DNA of 64,000 nt from Candidatus Woesearchaeota archaeon (GTDB taxonomy: Archaea > Nanobdellota > Nanobdellia > Woesearchaeales > JACPBV01), in the NCBI GenBank assembly GCA_019322475.1, contig JAHWIN010000011.1, positions 495 to 64,494 of the forward strand, in the 5' to 3' direction. This document shows positions 19,244 through 28,247 of the stretch, in pieces; the stretch's first letter is position 1; each line of letters begins with the position of its first letter. The position numbers and the translations under genes were made by a program. The notes under the pieces are model-generated. The model saw only the letters and a list, made by a program, of their open reading frames with translations, did not search any database and was not told the DNA's origin.

Positions 19244-19470
19244 CGGAACTTCGTATGTATTAAGCTTAGTCGAGGTTGTTGCCAAAACGATGGGGGTCAT
19301 CAATTTGTGAGGCTCTCTTAATTGTATCTTTTAGTCGACAGGGGGGACGCCCCCTCCGGGGGATGTCGAATATCAAAGGATAGGATTAAGAGCCGAACCC
19401 GATGACCCCCGACTGAAAGGAGAGTTTTGGCAACAACCTCACAGTCGGAGCTTAATACATACGGAACTTC
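19244..19470. other. about 227-bp structured element bounded by ~45-nt imperfect inverted repeats (candidate ncRNA or MITE-like element)
   Basis: The 5' arm cggaacttcgtatgtattaagcttagtcgaggttgttgccaaaac is reverse-complemented at the 3' end. Inside is a nested GATGGGGGTCATC / GATGACCCCCGA helix and a G/C-rich core (gggggacgccccctccggggg) in an otherwise AT-rich intergenic region. Confidence 0.35.
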
Positions 19471-19535
19471 AAACTAAACAGCTAAATAAGTGCCAGCAGC
19501 TGAACTATAGCTCCAGAAAACCCCCTACATGAAAA

Positions 19536-20066
19536 CTATACAGAAAAGACAGCAACATCCTCATAAACAGGCCCCTTTGGCGTCAATCTGCTCTTTACCA
19601 GCCTGAAATCCCTGATATCTATAGCCTTGCCCTTAACATCTATCTTTTTCAGGCTTCCTATAAGTTCTTCTTTTTCCGTTACAGACTTTACCCTTGCTAG
19701 TGTTATATGCGGCTTAAACTCAAAATCCTTCTTGATCTTAAGGTCCTTTAAGGCAGTTTCAACACCCTCCTGCAGCCTCATGACCTCTTCAGAAGGCTTT
19801 ACCCCTACCCATATCACCCTTATATAATCCTCGCTTGGAAAGACCCCTATCTTGTCCAGCTTAAGCTTAAACGGCCTAAAGCTTACCTTTTTAAGCCTTT
19901 TTTTGGCCTCTTCTGCCCTTTCTTCAGGCACCTTTCCAAGAAACTTTAAGGTGATGTGGAAGCTTTCTGTTTTCTTCAGTTTAGCCAGCTTATCATCTAT
20001 CTTGTTCTGTATCCCTTCCAGCTCTTTCTTTAATCCGCTAAATTCTATAGCAACAAAAAGCCTCAT
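19536..20066 (-). CDS. RNA 2',3'-cyclic phosphodiesterase / 2'-5' RNA ligase (LigT, 2H family)
   Basis: Two H-x-T-x motifs ('FHITLKFLG' and 'PHITLARV') in a ~175-aa protein. Confidence 0.8.
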   Translation of the reverse strand: MRLFVAIEFSGLKKELEGIQNKIDDKLAKLKKTESFHITLKFLGKVPEERAEEAKKRLKKVSFRPFKLKLDKIGVFPSEDYIRVIWVGVKPSEEVMRLQEGVETALKDLKIKKDFEFKPHITLARVKSVTEKEELIGSLKKIDVKGKAIDIRDFRLVKSRLTPKGPVYEDVAVFSV

Positions 20067-20141
20067 GCCAAAAGGGCATAGATTTAGCTATATAAACCTT
20101 ATTAAAAAGAAAAATAAAAAAATATCAAGAATAAGTTCAGC

Positions 20142-20507
20142 TTACTCTTCTTTCTTCTCTTCTTCCTGAGCTGGCTCTTCGCCAAAATCTTCCGTATCTT
20201 CTGCTTTTGGCTCTTCTTCCTGAGCTGGCTCTTCGCCTGCTTCTGGAGCAGCTTCTGCAGGAGCTTCTTCGCTGGATGGAGCGCTGCCTTCACCGACAAC
20301 CTCTCCAAAGCCGACCCTTCTCAATACCCTTGTTACCTTAACCTTTACTTCATCTCCTTCTTTGGTGTTAGGCACAAAGATGACAAAGCCGTCTTTCTTT
20401 GCTATTCCGTCTCCTTTCTCTCCTACAGCCTCTATCTTCACGTCTATCTCATCCCCAACCTTTACTGGGGCCATAAAACTTCTATTTGGTCTAAAATCTC
20501 TTTCCAT
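20142..20507 (-). CDS. TRAM-domain protein with an acidic repeat tail
   Basis: 'GDEIDVKIEAVGEKGDGIAKKDGFVIFVPNTKEGDEVKVKV' is a TRAM/OB-type segment. The C-terminus carries 'EEPAQEEE' repeats. Confidence 0.6.
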   Translation of the reverse strand: MERDFRPNRSFMAPVKVGDEIDVKIEAVGEKGDGIAKKDGFVIFVPNTKEGDEVKVKVTRVLRRVGFGEVVGEGSAPSSEEAPAEAAPEAGEEPAQEEEPKAEDTEDFGEEPAQEEEKKEE

Positions 20508-20642
20508 ATTCTATTTCACCTTATCTAATATTTGCGTGCTCTCGCACAATCTTACACTACGTGTAATACCCCCTAAGAATAGCCAGGAGTATTTAAAACT
20601 GATGGTTTTTCACCCACCATCCAAATAAAAATCAAAAAAAAA

Positions 20643-21707
20643 TCAAATATCCTTAAGCCCCTCCTCAGTCACCATAAAAGAGCATTCCCCGTCAGCAAGG
20701 TAAGGGGAATCTACAAGCTTAGCAACCCTGCACCCTTTCTTCCCTCTTCTTAGGTATATCCTTGTCTGGGAGTTATGCGCCACTATATGCCCCCCTATGG
20801 CTTCAGTCGGATCCCCGAAGAACATATCCGGCTTTGCCATGACCTGGTTGGTGACATATGTGCATAGGTTGTTGGCTTCTGCCACCTTGGCTAGTATATG
20901 CATATGCTTGTTTAGCTTCTGCTGCCTGTCTGCCAATGTTCCTCTTCCTATAAACTCTGCCCTGAAATGGGCTGTCAGAGAATCTACTATGGCTAATTTT
21001 ATATTCAGGCCCTGCTTCTTTATCAGGTCGTCTATCTTCTCTGCAAGAAGCATCTGATGGTCTGAATTATAGGCCCTTGCAACCTTTATCCTTTTTAGGG
21101 CATCATCAGGATCCATCCCAACCCCTTTTGCTATCTGCACTATCCTTTCAGGCCTGAACGTTGACTCTGTATCTATAAAGACGACATAGGATCCGGGAAT
21201 ATCCTTAAGGCAGTTTACGCTTAATATGTGCGCCAATTGTGTTTTTCCTCCGCCGTATGCAGAAAAGACCTCCGTTATCCCTCTCGATTCAAACCCTCCG
21301 CCTATCAATGAGTCAAAGGATTTGCTGCCTGTGCTTATCTTTATTGTGGTGCTTCTCTTCTCTAATATGTCCATTCCCGACTCAAACCCCATGTCCAATG
21401 AAGCTCTTGCAGCAGCTATCACCTTTTTAGCAGCTGATTGCGCCATCCCTGTAACCTCGATAAGCTCTCCGGGCGTTGCAACAGCGACAGCCATCAGGTC
21501 ATTATACCCTACAGTCTTTAGTTTTTCAACAGTAGCAGGCCCTACGCCAGGAAGGTCGCTAAGAGTTTTTTCCTTCTCTTTCTTCTCCTTTTTTTCTTGA
21601 TCTTCAGTTAAGCTTTCTTCCATTGTCTCTTCCTTAGGCTCTTCTTGTTCCATCTCATCATCTTTTTCTTCAATCTGTTGTTCTTCTTTCTTTTTCATCA
21701 TGATCAC
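20643..21707 (-). CDS. radA: DNA repair and recombination protein RadA
   Basis: N-terminal HhH segment 'LPGVGPATVEKL' followed by a RecA core with a Walker A-like segment. An acidic stretch of about 50 aa precedes the HhH. Confidence 0.9.
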   Translation of the reverse strand: MIMMKKKEEQQIEEKDDEMEQEEPKEETMEESLTEDQEKKEKKEKEKTLSDLPGVGPATVEKLKTVGYNDLMAVAVATPGELIEVTGMAQSAAKKVIAAARASLDMGFESGMDILEKRSTTIKISTGSKSFDSLIGGGFESRGITEVFSAYGGGKTQLAHILSVNCLKDIPGSYVVFIDTESTFRPERIVQIAKGVGMDPDDALKRIKVARAYNSDHQMLLAEKIDDLIKKQGLNIKLAIVDSLTAHFRAEFIGRGTLADRQQKLNKHMHILAKVAEANNLCTYVTNQVMAKPDMFFGDPTEAIGGHIVAHNSQTRIYLRRGKKGCRVAKLVDSPYLADGECSFMVTEEGLKDI

Positions 21708-21708
21708 C

Positions 21709-22029
21709 TCACATAACTATCTCTTCATCCATCATGCTGCCATTATCTCCTTTTTCTTTATCAGAAGATGAGCCTTGCCCTTTTAGGACAAGGTACTCAT
21801 ACGCCTTCTGCAGGACTAGGCTGGCTTTTGGCAGGTCATTAAGCCTTAAAGAATTAGATGTCTGCCATTTCCCTTCTTTATCTGTATATCTTCTCTGTAG
21901 GGTTATAGTCCTGTATTCTACAGGCCCCCCATCCTTCTTGTTTGTGCCGTTATTTTTCCATATCGTAGCACTTATGGCACCAGTGCTGAACTTCTTCTCT
22001 GGCAGATTGCCAGCTTTTTCTCCATTCAT
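21709..22029 (-). CDS. hypothetical small protein (possible PC4/YdbC-like ssDNA-binding fold)
   Basis: Weak resemblance to PC4/YdbC-like ssDNA-binding proteins, by eye only. Adjacent to radA. Confidence 0.3.
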   Translation of the reverse strand: MNGEKAGNLPEKKFSTGAISATIWKNNGTNKKDGGPVEYRTITLQRRYTDKEGKWQTSNSLRLNDLPKASLVLQKAYEYLVLKGQGSSSDKEKGDNGSMMDEEIVM

Positions 22030-22300
22030 TTAAAACACCTCTTTCCTTTCGGTTTTTGTTTCAAACCCACCTTATTTAGGAAGAGCAAGCTTCCGGCGGG
22101 CGAGGTATTGCTTTATGAGCAACCTATTAAGTTAAGCCATAGTCCTTTATATACCTTGCGCGCACTTGGCAAGTGGCAAGTGGACCATGGATTTTAGCCC
22201 TACAAAGCCTGAAAAGCCAAAATTTAAAGGAATCAGGGTTGGCAAGTGGAAACCCCCCAAACACCTAATTTCTAACTAAACCTGCAGAATACTAAGCTGT

Positions 22301-22924
22301 TCACTTCTGTTTCCGTTTTATCGGAAAAAGCCTCATTATTGCCAATAAGGCGATGATTGCACTTAAGATAATTGCTATAGGGATAATGTTTGATTTTTTC
22401 TGTTTATCTTCAATTACATAATCCTGATCAGTTATCATATCAGGTTCATCCATTTTTTCTTCACAATCCAGAGTTTCTTCCAGCCATCCATAGTCCAAGG
22501 AAGGGCACACTCTTCCCAAGAATTCAATCTCTTCAGCCCGTTTCCAGCCTGCAGGCAATTTTCCGCACCTGTCGATGTCTTCGACAAAGGCGCATATCTG
22601 TTCCACATCATTTACTACAGCATCCTCACAGTCTCCATTAGCCCCCGAATGCTGGACAGTGCAGCAGAAATCGCTTTTTATTGGGGCGCAGTCTGAACTT
22701 CTCTGCACCTCATCATAACCCTGAGGGCATTGGAACCCTTCGATGGTCTTCCACCCACCCGGAACAGTGCAGGTCATGCATTCATCTCCCATGAAAAATT
22801 CAGAGCACTCTTTTGTTTGCTCGTTTATCCCATATCGGGGTAAGGCCTGCGCAGCAAAGACAGCCAAAGGGATAGATAAGGCAAAGAATGCTGTAAATAG
22901 GATTGATATTGGTTTTTTTCTCAT
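22301..22924 (-). CDS. secreted cysteine-rich protein with a C-terminal TM anchor and basic tail
   Basis: N-terminal signal peptide, 16 Cys in the ectodomain, and a C-terminal 'PIAIILSAIIALLAIMRLFPIKRKQK' anchor reminiscent of sorting signals. Confidence 0.45.
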   Translation of the reverse strand: MRKKPISILFTAFFALSIPLAVFAAQALPRYGINEQTKECSEFFMGDECMTCTVPGGWKTIEGFQCPQGYDEVQRSSDCAPIKSDFCCTVQHSGANGDCEDAVVNDVEQICAFVEDIDRCGKLPAGWKRAEEIEFLGRVCPSLDYGWLEETLDCEEKMDEPDMITDQDYVIEDKQKKSNIIPIAIILSAIIALLAIMRLFPIKRKQK

Positions 22925-23057
22925 TATTCATATCTTAATCTTTGATCATTATAAATATTTCTAAAATAAAGGATATGATAATCTATTCCTCTTGGCTTTG
23001 CACTTTTATTAACCTTATTTATGTGCACTTTGTAATTAATGTGCAAGCCGTTCTTCT

Positions 23058-23516
23058 TCATATCCCTATTAGCTTGCATACTATCAAAACGCCCAGAATA
23101 AAAAAGATAATCTTCTCAGCTAAGGACCCGACCTTGATGATCCCTCTGGCCTTCATCCTGCTTAGAGGATAAAAAAGCCGCACTCCTTTTTTTGTAGCCA
23201 TATCAAGAAGAAGATGCCCTAGATACCCAAAAATAACCGCCATCCCGGCAAATTTCAGTCCAAAAACAAAAAAAACAGCAGATATCACCAATGGAAAATA
23301 AACAGTATGGAACACACCTCTATGGCTGAATAAGCTGCTCAGGTATGAAAACGGCCTAAGCCCCTTGGATATCTTTGATGAGCTGTTGTCGATGTCAGGA
23401 AATACCGAAAAAAACAGCAAGACTGCAATAAACAATATCTGTTTTTCTACCTTAAAATAATCAACCAGATAAAGCCCTATAAGAAACCCAAAAGCCAGAT
23501 GTGTCCTGAAAAGCAT
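23058..23516 (-). CDS. membrane-bound metal-dependent hydrolase, DUF457/YdjM family
   Basis: Four TM helices with conserved His/Asp positions ('HRGVFHT', 'GHLLLD'). Confidence 0.5.
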   Translation of the reverse strand: MLFRTHLAFGFLIGLYLVDYFKVEKQILFIAVLLFFSVFPDIDNSSSKISKGLRPFSYLSSLFSHRGVFHTVYFPLVISAVFFVFGLKFAGMAVIFGYLGHLLLDMATKKGVRLFYPLSRMKARGIIKVGSLAEKIIFFILGVLIVCKLIGI

Positions 23517-23518
23517 CT

Positions 23519-24694
23519 TTATATATCTTCAAACCCAGGAAGTTTATCGCCAGATCCATCGCTCTTATTTGTCTCTCCTGAGATCTCCTCTGCGCTTGAG
23601 CTGTCGACAACTACACTTTCCTCACCGCTATCAGGCTTGGCCACATCCTCTTTTTTCTCTGGCTCTTCTTCAATACCCTCTTCTTTCTTGTTCTCAGCCT
23701 CTTTCTTGAGCCTCTCTATCTCTTCCTTAGGGTCAGGCTTCGGAAAGACCCTGTTTGCTACAAACTCCAGCCTGTCAAAAAGCTCGTTCTTGCTTGTTCT
23801 CCCTATGACCTTTATTATGTTGCCAAGAAGGCTTGTTTTTACCTCTTCAAACCTCTCCGGATTATCCTTATACTCCAGTATCTTCTGCTGGTCCATCTCA
23901 AGGAGGTTTTCAGCCTGTCTCCTGAAAAATACAGCCCTTATGGATTCTGAGCCGTCATCTATTATAGCGTTCAATACATATGAATAAGCAGGCTCTACAG
24001 TCTGATGGCTCTCGCAGAAAAATCCTCCTTCCCTTTGCCTTACCCTTTTGTTGCACTCAGGGCAGACCTCAAAGAACCTTGGCTCAAATACCTGCAATAC
24101 TGTCCCGAGAAGCTCAACATCATTATCCTCTTCTTTAAGCTCGCTGATCTTCTTCCTTGTAGATGAATATGCCTTTACCTCCCCTAATGTCTCACCTTCA
24201 GGGTTTATCTCTATCTTGCTTCTGTCACCAAGATGGATCTCAGTCCTGTTGTTGTTCTCTCTCGTATATCCTGAGATTATCTTTACAACATCCCCTTCTT
24301 TTATGTCCTTTAAGGAATCTGTCTGTGATCCCCACATGACAACCCTTATAGAGCCCGTCTCATCTGCTATTACTATATTAGCGACCTTTCCCGGGCTTCC
24401 GTCCTTCCTTTGGAACTCAGTTATAGGATATGTCTGCTGGACCTTCCCTACAGTCTCAACATCCCTCATCCCCGCAAGTATGTTCTTTATCTGCAGCCTT
24501 GTGGCAGCAGCAGCCTCTTCTATAAGCTTTATCCCAAGGTCATTTGCAATTATATGCGCCGCTCCTTCTTCAGAGACAAGTCCTGAAAGCTGCTCCATCT
24601 TCTGCTTTATCTTAGAATTGATCTCATCTTCGCTCATCCCTGATTTCTCTTTTATCTTTTCAACGATCTGAGACAGAGGTATTTTTATCATCAT
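23519..24694 (-). CDS. replication protein A-like ssDNA-binding protein (OB folds plus Zn ribbon)
   Basis: 'ANIVIADETGSIRVVMW' is a typical RPA OB-fold segment and 'CPECNKRVRQREGGFFCESH' is a zinc ribbon. The C-terminal tail is acidic. Confidence 0.65.
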   Translation of the reverse strand: MMIKIPLSQIVEKIKEKSGMSEDEINSKIKQKMEQLSGLVSEEGAAHIIANDLGIKLIEEAAAATRLQIKNILAGMRDVETVGKVQQTYPITEFQRKDGSPGKVANIVIADETGSIRVVMWGSQTDSLKDIKEGDVVKIISGYTRENNNRTEIHLGDRSKIEINPEGETLGEVKAYSSTRKKISELKEEDNDVELLGTVLQVFEPRFFEVCPECNKRVRQREGGFFCESHQTVEPAYSYVLNAIIDDGSESIRAVFFRRQAENLLEMDQQKILEYKDNPERFEEVKTSLLGNIIKVIGRTSKNELFDRLEFVANRVFPKPDPKEEIERLKKEAENKKEEGIEEEPEKKEDVAKPDSGEESVVVDSSSAEEISGETNKSDGSGDKLPGFEDI

Positions 24695-24836
24695 GATAAG
24701 GTATCTAAATCCATTTAAATAATTTTATGTTTTGGAATATAATGGTTCTAAAATCAAAGATAGTGTGATTAAGCTGAACTACATATTTACTATCTCCTCA
24801 GCTATTCTTCATCATATGCACATAACTTTTAGCGTT

Positions 24837-26168
24837 TCAGGGCTCTATGGCTATCTGGGAGGAGCCCCTCTCACTCGGGGGTATATTCACCCTTTTGGCT
24901 ATTATCTCCTTCATCTCATTGCCTGCATCATCCTCTGCAGTAACTGCAAAATAATACCTGCCTTCAAACCCGTCTAGGAGTATATTATTCTCCCCCTTAG
25001 TAATCGGAATTTCCAGCTTATTCATCTGGCCTGTGCTGATAGGTGGTTTTGAAGGGCTGTCTTTACCCCCTATATTGATTATCTTCTTATAATAGACCTT
25101 ATAGCTTGAAGCATCAGAGGCATTGTTCCTCCATGTAAGATACCACCCATCCTCTCCTTTTTCCAAAAGATTCCCTTCTTCATCTGTTATTATCTCTGTG
25201 GCAGGAGGCTCAAAATCATCCTTGAACCTTAGCCCGTATTTGGCTATCATCTCCTTTTCATAATAAGGGTTTTCAAAGGAACCATCCTTTATTTTGACAA
25301 GTAATGTATAAGTCTTCTCAGGATAAAGCTTAGATTCTTCACCTGAAATAGCAGGGGCATCAGCTATAGGCACTATCGGGATTATCTCATAATCCTCGAT
25401 CCCCTCTACTCCATCTTCACCCTTGACCCCTTTTATTATCCTGTCCTTGTCAGAGCACACTATAAAATCATCGCCGTCATCAGCCTCATAGCTCCCTTTC
25501 TTAAGGCACTCGACAACACTTTCCTTTATCTCCTTAGCTTTTTCACCATACTCTTCAAATTTATCTATAAAATTATACCCTCCTTCATAGCTGAAAGAAG
25601 GCTTTAGCGAATAATCAGAATGCCCTTCCTCAGAACTCACTATCAGGTCCTGGGCTGCAATCCCGTTGACCATGATTGTATCTCCCTTATTCTCAAAGGT
25701 AAAGTCATAATTATCCAAAGGTATGGGAACAGCAGGATACGCCTTAAGGTACACATCAAGCTTCCTGTTGAGGAAATAAGAAAAGCCCACAGCAAGGTCC
25801 CTCTCTTCAGGATAGCACTCTGTCGTAATAGTGATCCCGCCCTCTTCACTTTCAAAAGTCTCCCAAAGGGAATATCCATCATCACCATACACATATTTCC
25901 CGCACTCACTATTATGGAACCCCCCATTGCTTCCAAGATCATAAACTGCATCATAAAATGCGTATTCTGCTGATTGGTCTATGTATTTTTTTATCTTAAT
26001 GGCATCATACATCAGTTTATAAGAGTCTAAAAAAACCTCTCCTATGAATTCTGTTTCTTTTGGAAGGTTTCTGGAACAATTCAATCCATAGAATAGCAAC
26101 AAGGATATTGCAAGGAAAAAAATTACAGGATAATACAATATCATTGCTCTTTTATTCAATACCATCAT
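24837..26168 (-). CDS. large secreted/anchored surface protein at the downstream end of the pilin-like operon
   Basis: N-terminal 'NKRAMILYYPVIFFLAISLLLF' hydrophobic anchor followed by a ~400-aa acidic ectodomain. Start is coupled to the upstream gene by a 4-nt overlap. Confidence 0.4.
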   Translation of the reverse strand: MMVLNKRAMILYYPVIFFLAISLLLFYGLNCSRNLPKETEFIGEVFLDSYKLMYDAIKIKKYIDQSAEYAFYDAVYDLGSNGGFHNSECGKYVYGDDGYSLWETFESEEGGITITTECYPEERDLAVGFSYFLNRKLDVYLKAYPAVPIPLDNYDFTFENKGDTIMVNGIAAQDLIVSSEEGHSDYSLKPSFSYEGGYNFIDKFEEYGEKAKEIKESVVECLKKGSYEADDGDDFIVCSDKDRIIKGVKGEDGVEGIEDYEIIPIVPIADAPAISGEESKLYPEKTYTLLVKIKDGSFENPYYEKEMIAKYGLRFKDDFEPPATEIITDEEGNLLEKGEDGWYLTWRNNASDASSYKVYYKKIINIGGKDSPSKPPISTGQMNKLEIPITKGENNILLDGFEGRYYFAVTAEDDAGNEMKEIIAKRVNIPPSERGSSQIAIEP

Positions 26169-26761
26169 GGGCCACTTGATTCTCCTAGCTCCTTTAATGT
26201 CTTTTCATATTTTGTTAGATTTCTCCCTGTCCCATGAGTTAAGTCTACTCCTATTAAAGGAACGCCCCTATCTGGATTGGGGGTTATAGCTCTGGAATAT
26301 CCTGCATCGCTTGAGATTATGCCCTCAGTAGAGCTTATCTGCACCTTAAAGCCTATAGATTCTAAGGTTAGGTATGTTTTCTTCCCCTTTTCAACCTCCT
26401 GTCTTTTAGATTCATCATATATCTTAAGGTTATAGTAATCACTCTCAAATATCTCGGTGGCTTTCTTTTCAAGCTCATGATAATTATCTTTATTAAAAGA
26501 ATCAACTATCAACTCACTAAAACTTTTCATCTCTCCGCCAGACTCAACCCTCGTTTCCAAAATCTCTATCATTTTTTGTTCTGCCTTAAGGTTATTCAAT
26601 TTGCCCCTTATTAGGATATGATCAGCCTTGTCTTTTGTCCTGCTGCGGACCCCCAGAAAAAGGACAATAGCTACAATTCCACAGACTCCAAACAAAAAAG
26701 AAGCAAGGTCATCAACTGCAATCCCCTTTTTTGACTTGAGTAGCTTATGCATTTTGCTCAC
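26165..26761 (-). CDS. pilin-like protein (class III signal peptide-like N-terminus)
   Basis: 'KSKKGIAVDDLASFLFGVCGIVAIVLFLGV' is a basic residue, Gly, then a hydrophobic helix. Overlaps the flanking genes. Confidence 0.4.
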   Translation of the reverse strand: MSKMHKLLKSKKGIAVDDLASFLFGVCGIVAIVLFLGVRSRTKDKADHILIRGKLNNLKAEQKMIEILETRVESGGEMKSFSELIVDSFNKDNYHELEKKATEIFESDYYNLKIYDESKRQEVEKGKKTYLTLESIGFKVQISSTEGIISSDAGYSRAITPNPDRGVPLIGVDLTHGTGRNLTKYEKTLKELGESSGP

Positions 26762-27266
26762 TTATTATCAGTTCCCCCCCTATTATTTCATTATTATAAG
26801 ATATATCCATCTTCATAGTTTTTCTTTTTGTGCTGATCTTCTCATCCCAATTCCTGCTTCTTATCACCTTGGGACCTATCTTTTTCTCTTTAGGAAGCTT
26901 AAGTTCCAGCTTAAACGCTATTTTTTTGCTTTTATCTCCTACATCATAGCATGAATGCAGGTTCTCTTCTGTAAATCTGCTAAATTCTATGGTTTTGGGA
27001 TTATTTATCCTGTCTAGAGCAAAGCAGTCATCAGAAAAGAACCTTTCGATATATGAAAATTCCTCTATCCCTTCTGGAATACTTGCACTACTTTCAACCT
27101 GGTTGTATATAGCCAACATAAAAATTATTAGCATGATACTTAGGGCTATGCCAAAAATAATGTAAGGGATTAATGAACCTCCAGGATAAAATGATATCCC
27201 TTTTTTATGCAGCTTCTTCATTTTCTTAACGTATCCGCCATAGCTAAACTTATAGGATCTATCCAA
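26745..27266 (-). CDS. pilin-like protein (class III signal peptide)
   Basis: The 'HKKGI' / 'SFYPGGSLIPYIIFGIALSIMLIIF' N-terminus. Confidence 0.4.
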   Translation of the reverse strand: MDRSYKFSYGGYVKKMKKLHKKGISFYPGGSLIPYIIFGIALSIMLIIFMLAIYNQVESSASIPEGIEEFSYIERFFSDDCFALDRINNPKTIEFSRFTEENLHSCYDVGDKSKKIAFKLELKLPKEKKIGPKVIRSRNWDEKISTKRKTMKMDISYNNEIIGGELIISEQNA

Positions 27267-28246
27267 TCAGGCTTAATAGTCTCTCCTGCCTCTTGGCCAG
27301 CATAATTATCAATCTCGATTACCATGGCTATCTTATCATTATCCAGCATGGGTTCACCATCCTGGGGAACCAACGCTGCTCCAGTAATCTTGCCTGATTC
27401 ATCATTCTTCAGGATGTTATTGATCATCAAGCACCCCATCTTCTTTATCTCCTCTTTTCTTGGGGATTTAGGGGAGAAGTATATCCTGATATTATTGCCC
27501 TCACTCTCTCTTTCCCCTACCTGTATCCTTATGACAGCATCTACACCACCCACTTTATCTTCCATCCTGCTTTCAGCTAAGCTTAGTGGATTATTGCCTA
27601 TATCCTCTATATACTCATTTCTTGCGTGCTCTGCCTTAATATCATTTCCTAGTCTGATCATAAATGAGGCTGCTATAAGGTTAGCCGCTTTCCCTTTTTC
27701 AATATCCTGGTCTTTGCCGATTCCAGAATCTACAAGGATACTTTTTATCTTTGGCTTTTCTGCAATCTCTTCACATTTAAGCCTTCTCAGGTCAGGCTTT
27801 TTTTCGCTTACTATTATCTCCCCTGCTATCTTTCCAACATACAGTTCTTTAGGCTTATTTATAACTTCAGTTAAAGGAGCATAATTAGAGCTTCCTGCAA
27901 AGGCATATGTAGATTCTGTAACATCATCAGCTGTAGAAGAAACACTCACAGTATAGTCCCTTATGATTATATCCATATTAGAGACATCCTCAGGATATTT
28001 GGTTATAGTATTGACCCCGTTAGGGACAAGATACATCTGTTCTATCATAAGCCCTATATCCTTTGCAGCCCTTATTTTAGGTATAGCATCACCATACCCA
28101 TAGCTGTAGGCTAATCCCTGGAACGTCAAGATAACGATAGCAGTCACTATTATTTCTATGCCCACCTTATAAAGTAGCTGCCCTCTTTTTGAGTTTACCC
28201 TTATCCTATCAAACCCAAAAAACCTCTTTTTTTCTTTGGTTCCCAC
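27218..28246 (-). CDS. pilin-like protein with a large globular domain (class III signal peptide)
   Basis: 'SKRGQ' followed by 'LLYKVGIEIIVTAIVILTF' matches the archaeal prepilin pattern [KR]G[QA]-hydrophobic. Confidence 0.45.
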   Translation of the reverse strand: MGTKEKKRFFGFDRIRVNSKRGQLLYKVGIEIIVTAIVILTFQGLAYSYGYGDAIPKIRAAKDIGLMIEQMYLVPNGVNTITKYPEDVSNMDIIIRDYTVSVSSTADDVTESTYAFAGSSNYAPLTEVINKPKELYVGKIAGEIIVSEKKPDLRRLKCEEIAEKPKIKSILVDSGIGKDQDIEKGKAANLIAASFMIRLGNDIKAEHARNEYIEDIGNNPLSLAESRMEDKVGGVDAVIRIQVGERESEGNNIRIYFSPKSPRKEEIKKMGCLMINNILKNDESGKITGAALVPQDGEPMLDNDKIAMVIEIDNYAGQEAGETIKPDWIDPISLAMADTLRK

Positions 28247-28247
28247 A

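Noticed and set aside
19244-19470. tRNA or rRNA fragment in the rps2-ligT spacer
   Set aside because: No cloverleaf elements are present (no GG D-loop or TTCRA T-loop in register), and no 5S or 16S-like conserved blocks. It is kept only as an unclassified inverted-repeat element.
20102-20308. 68-aa K/Q-rich ORF overlapping the 3' end of the TRAM-domain gene
   Set aside because: It is an alternative frame of the acidic repeat region (EEPAQEEE encoded as lysine-rich in another frame), so it is a compositional artefact.
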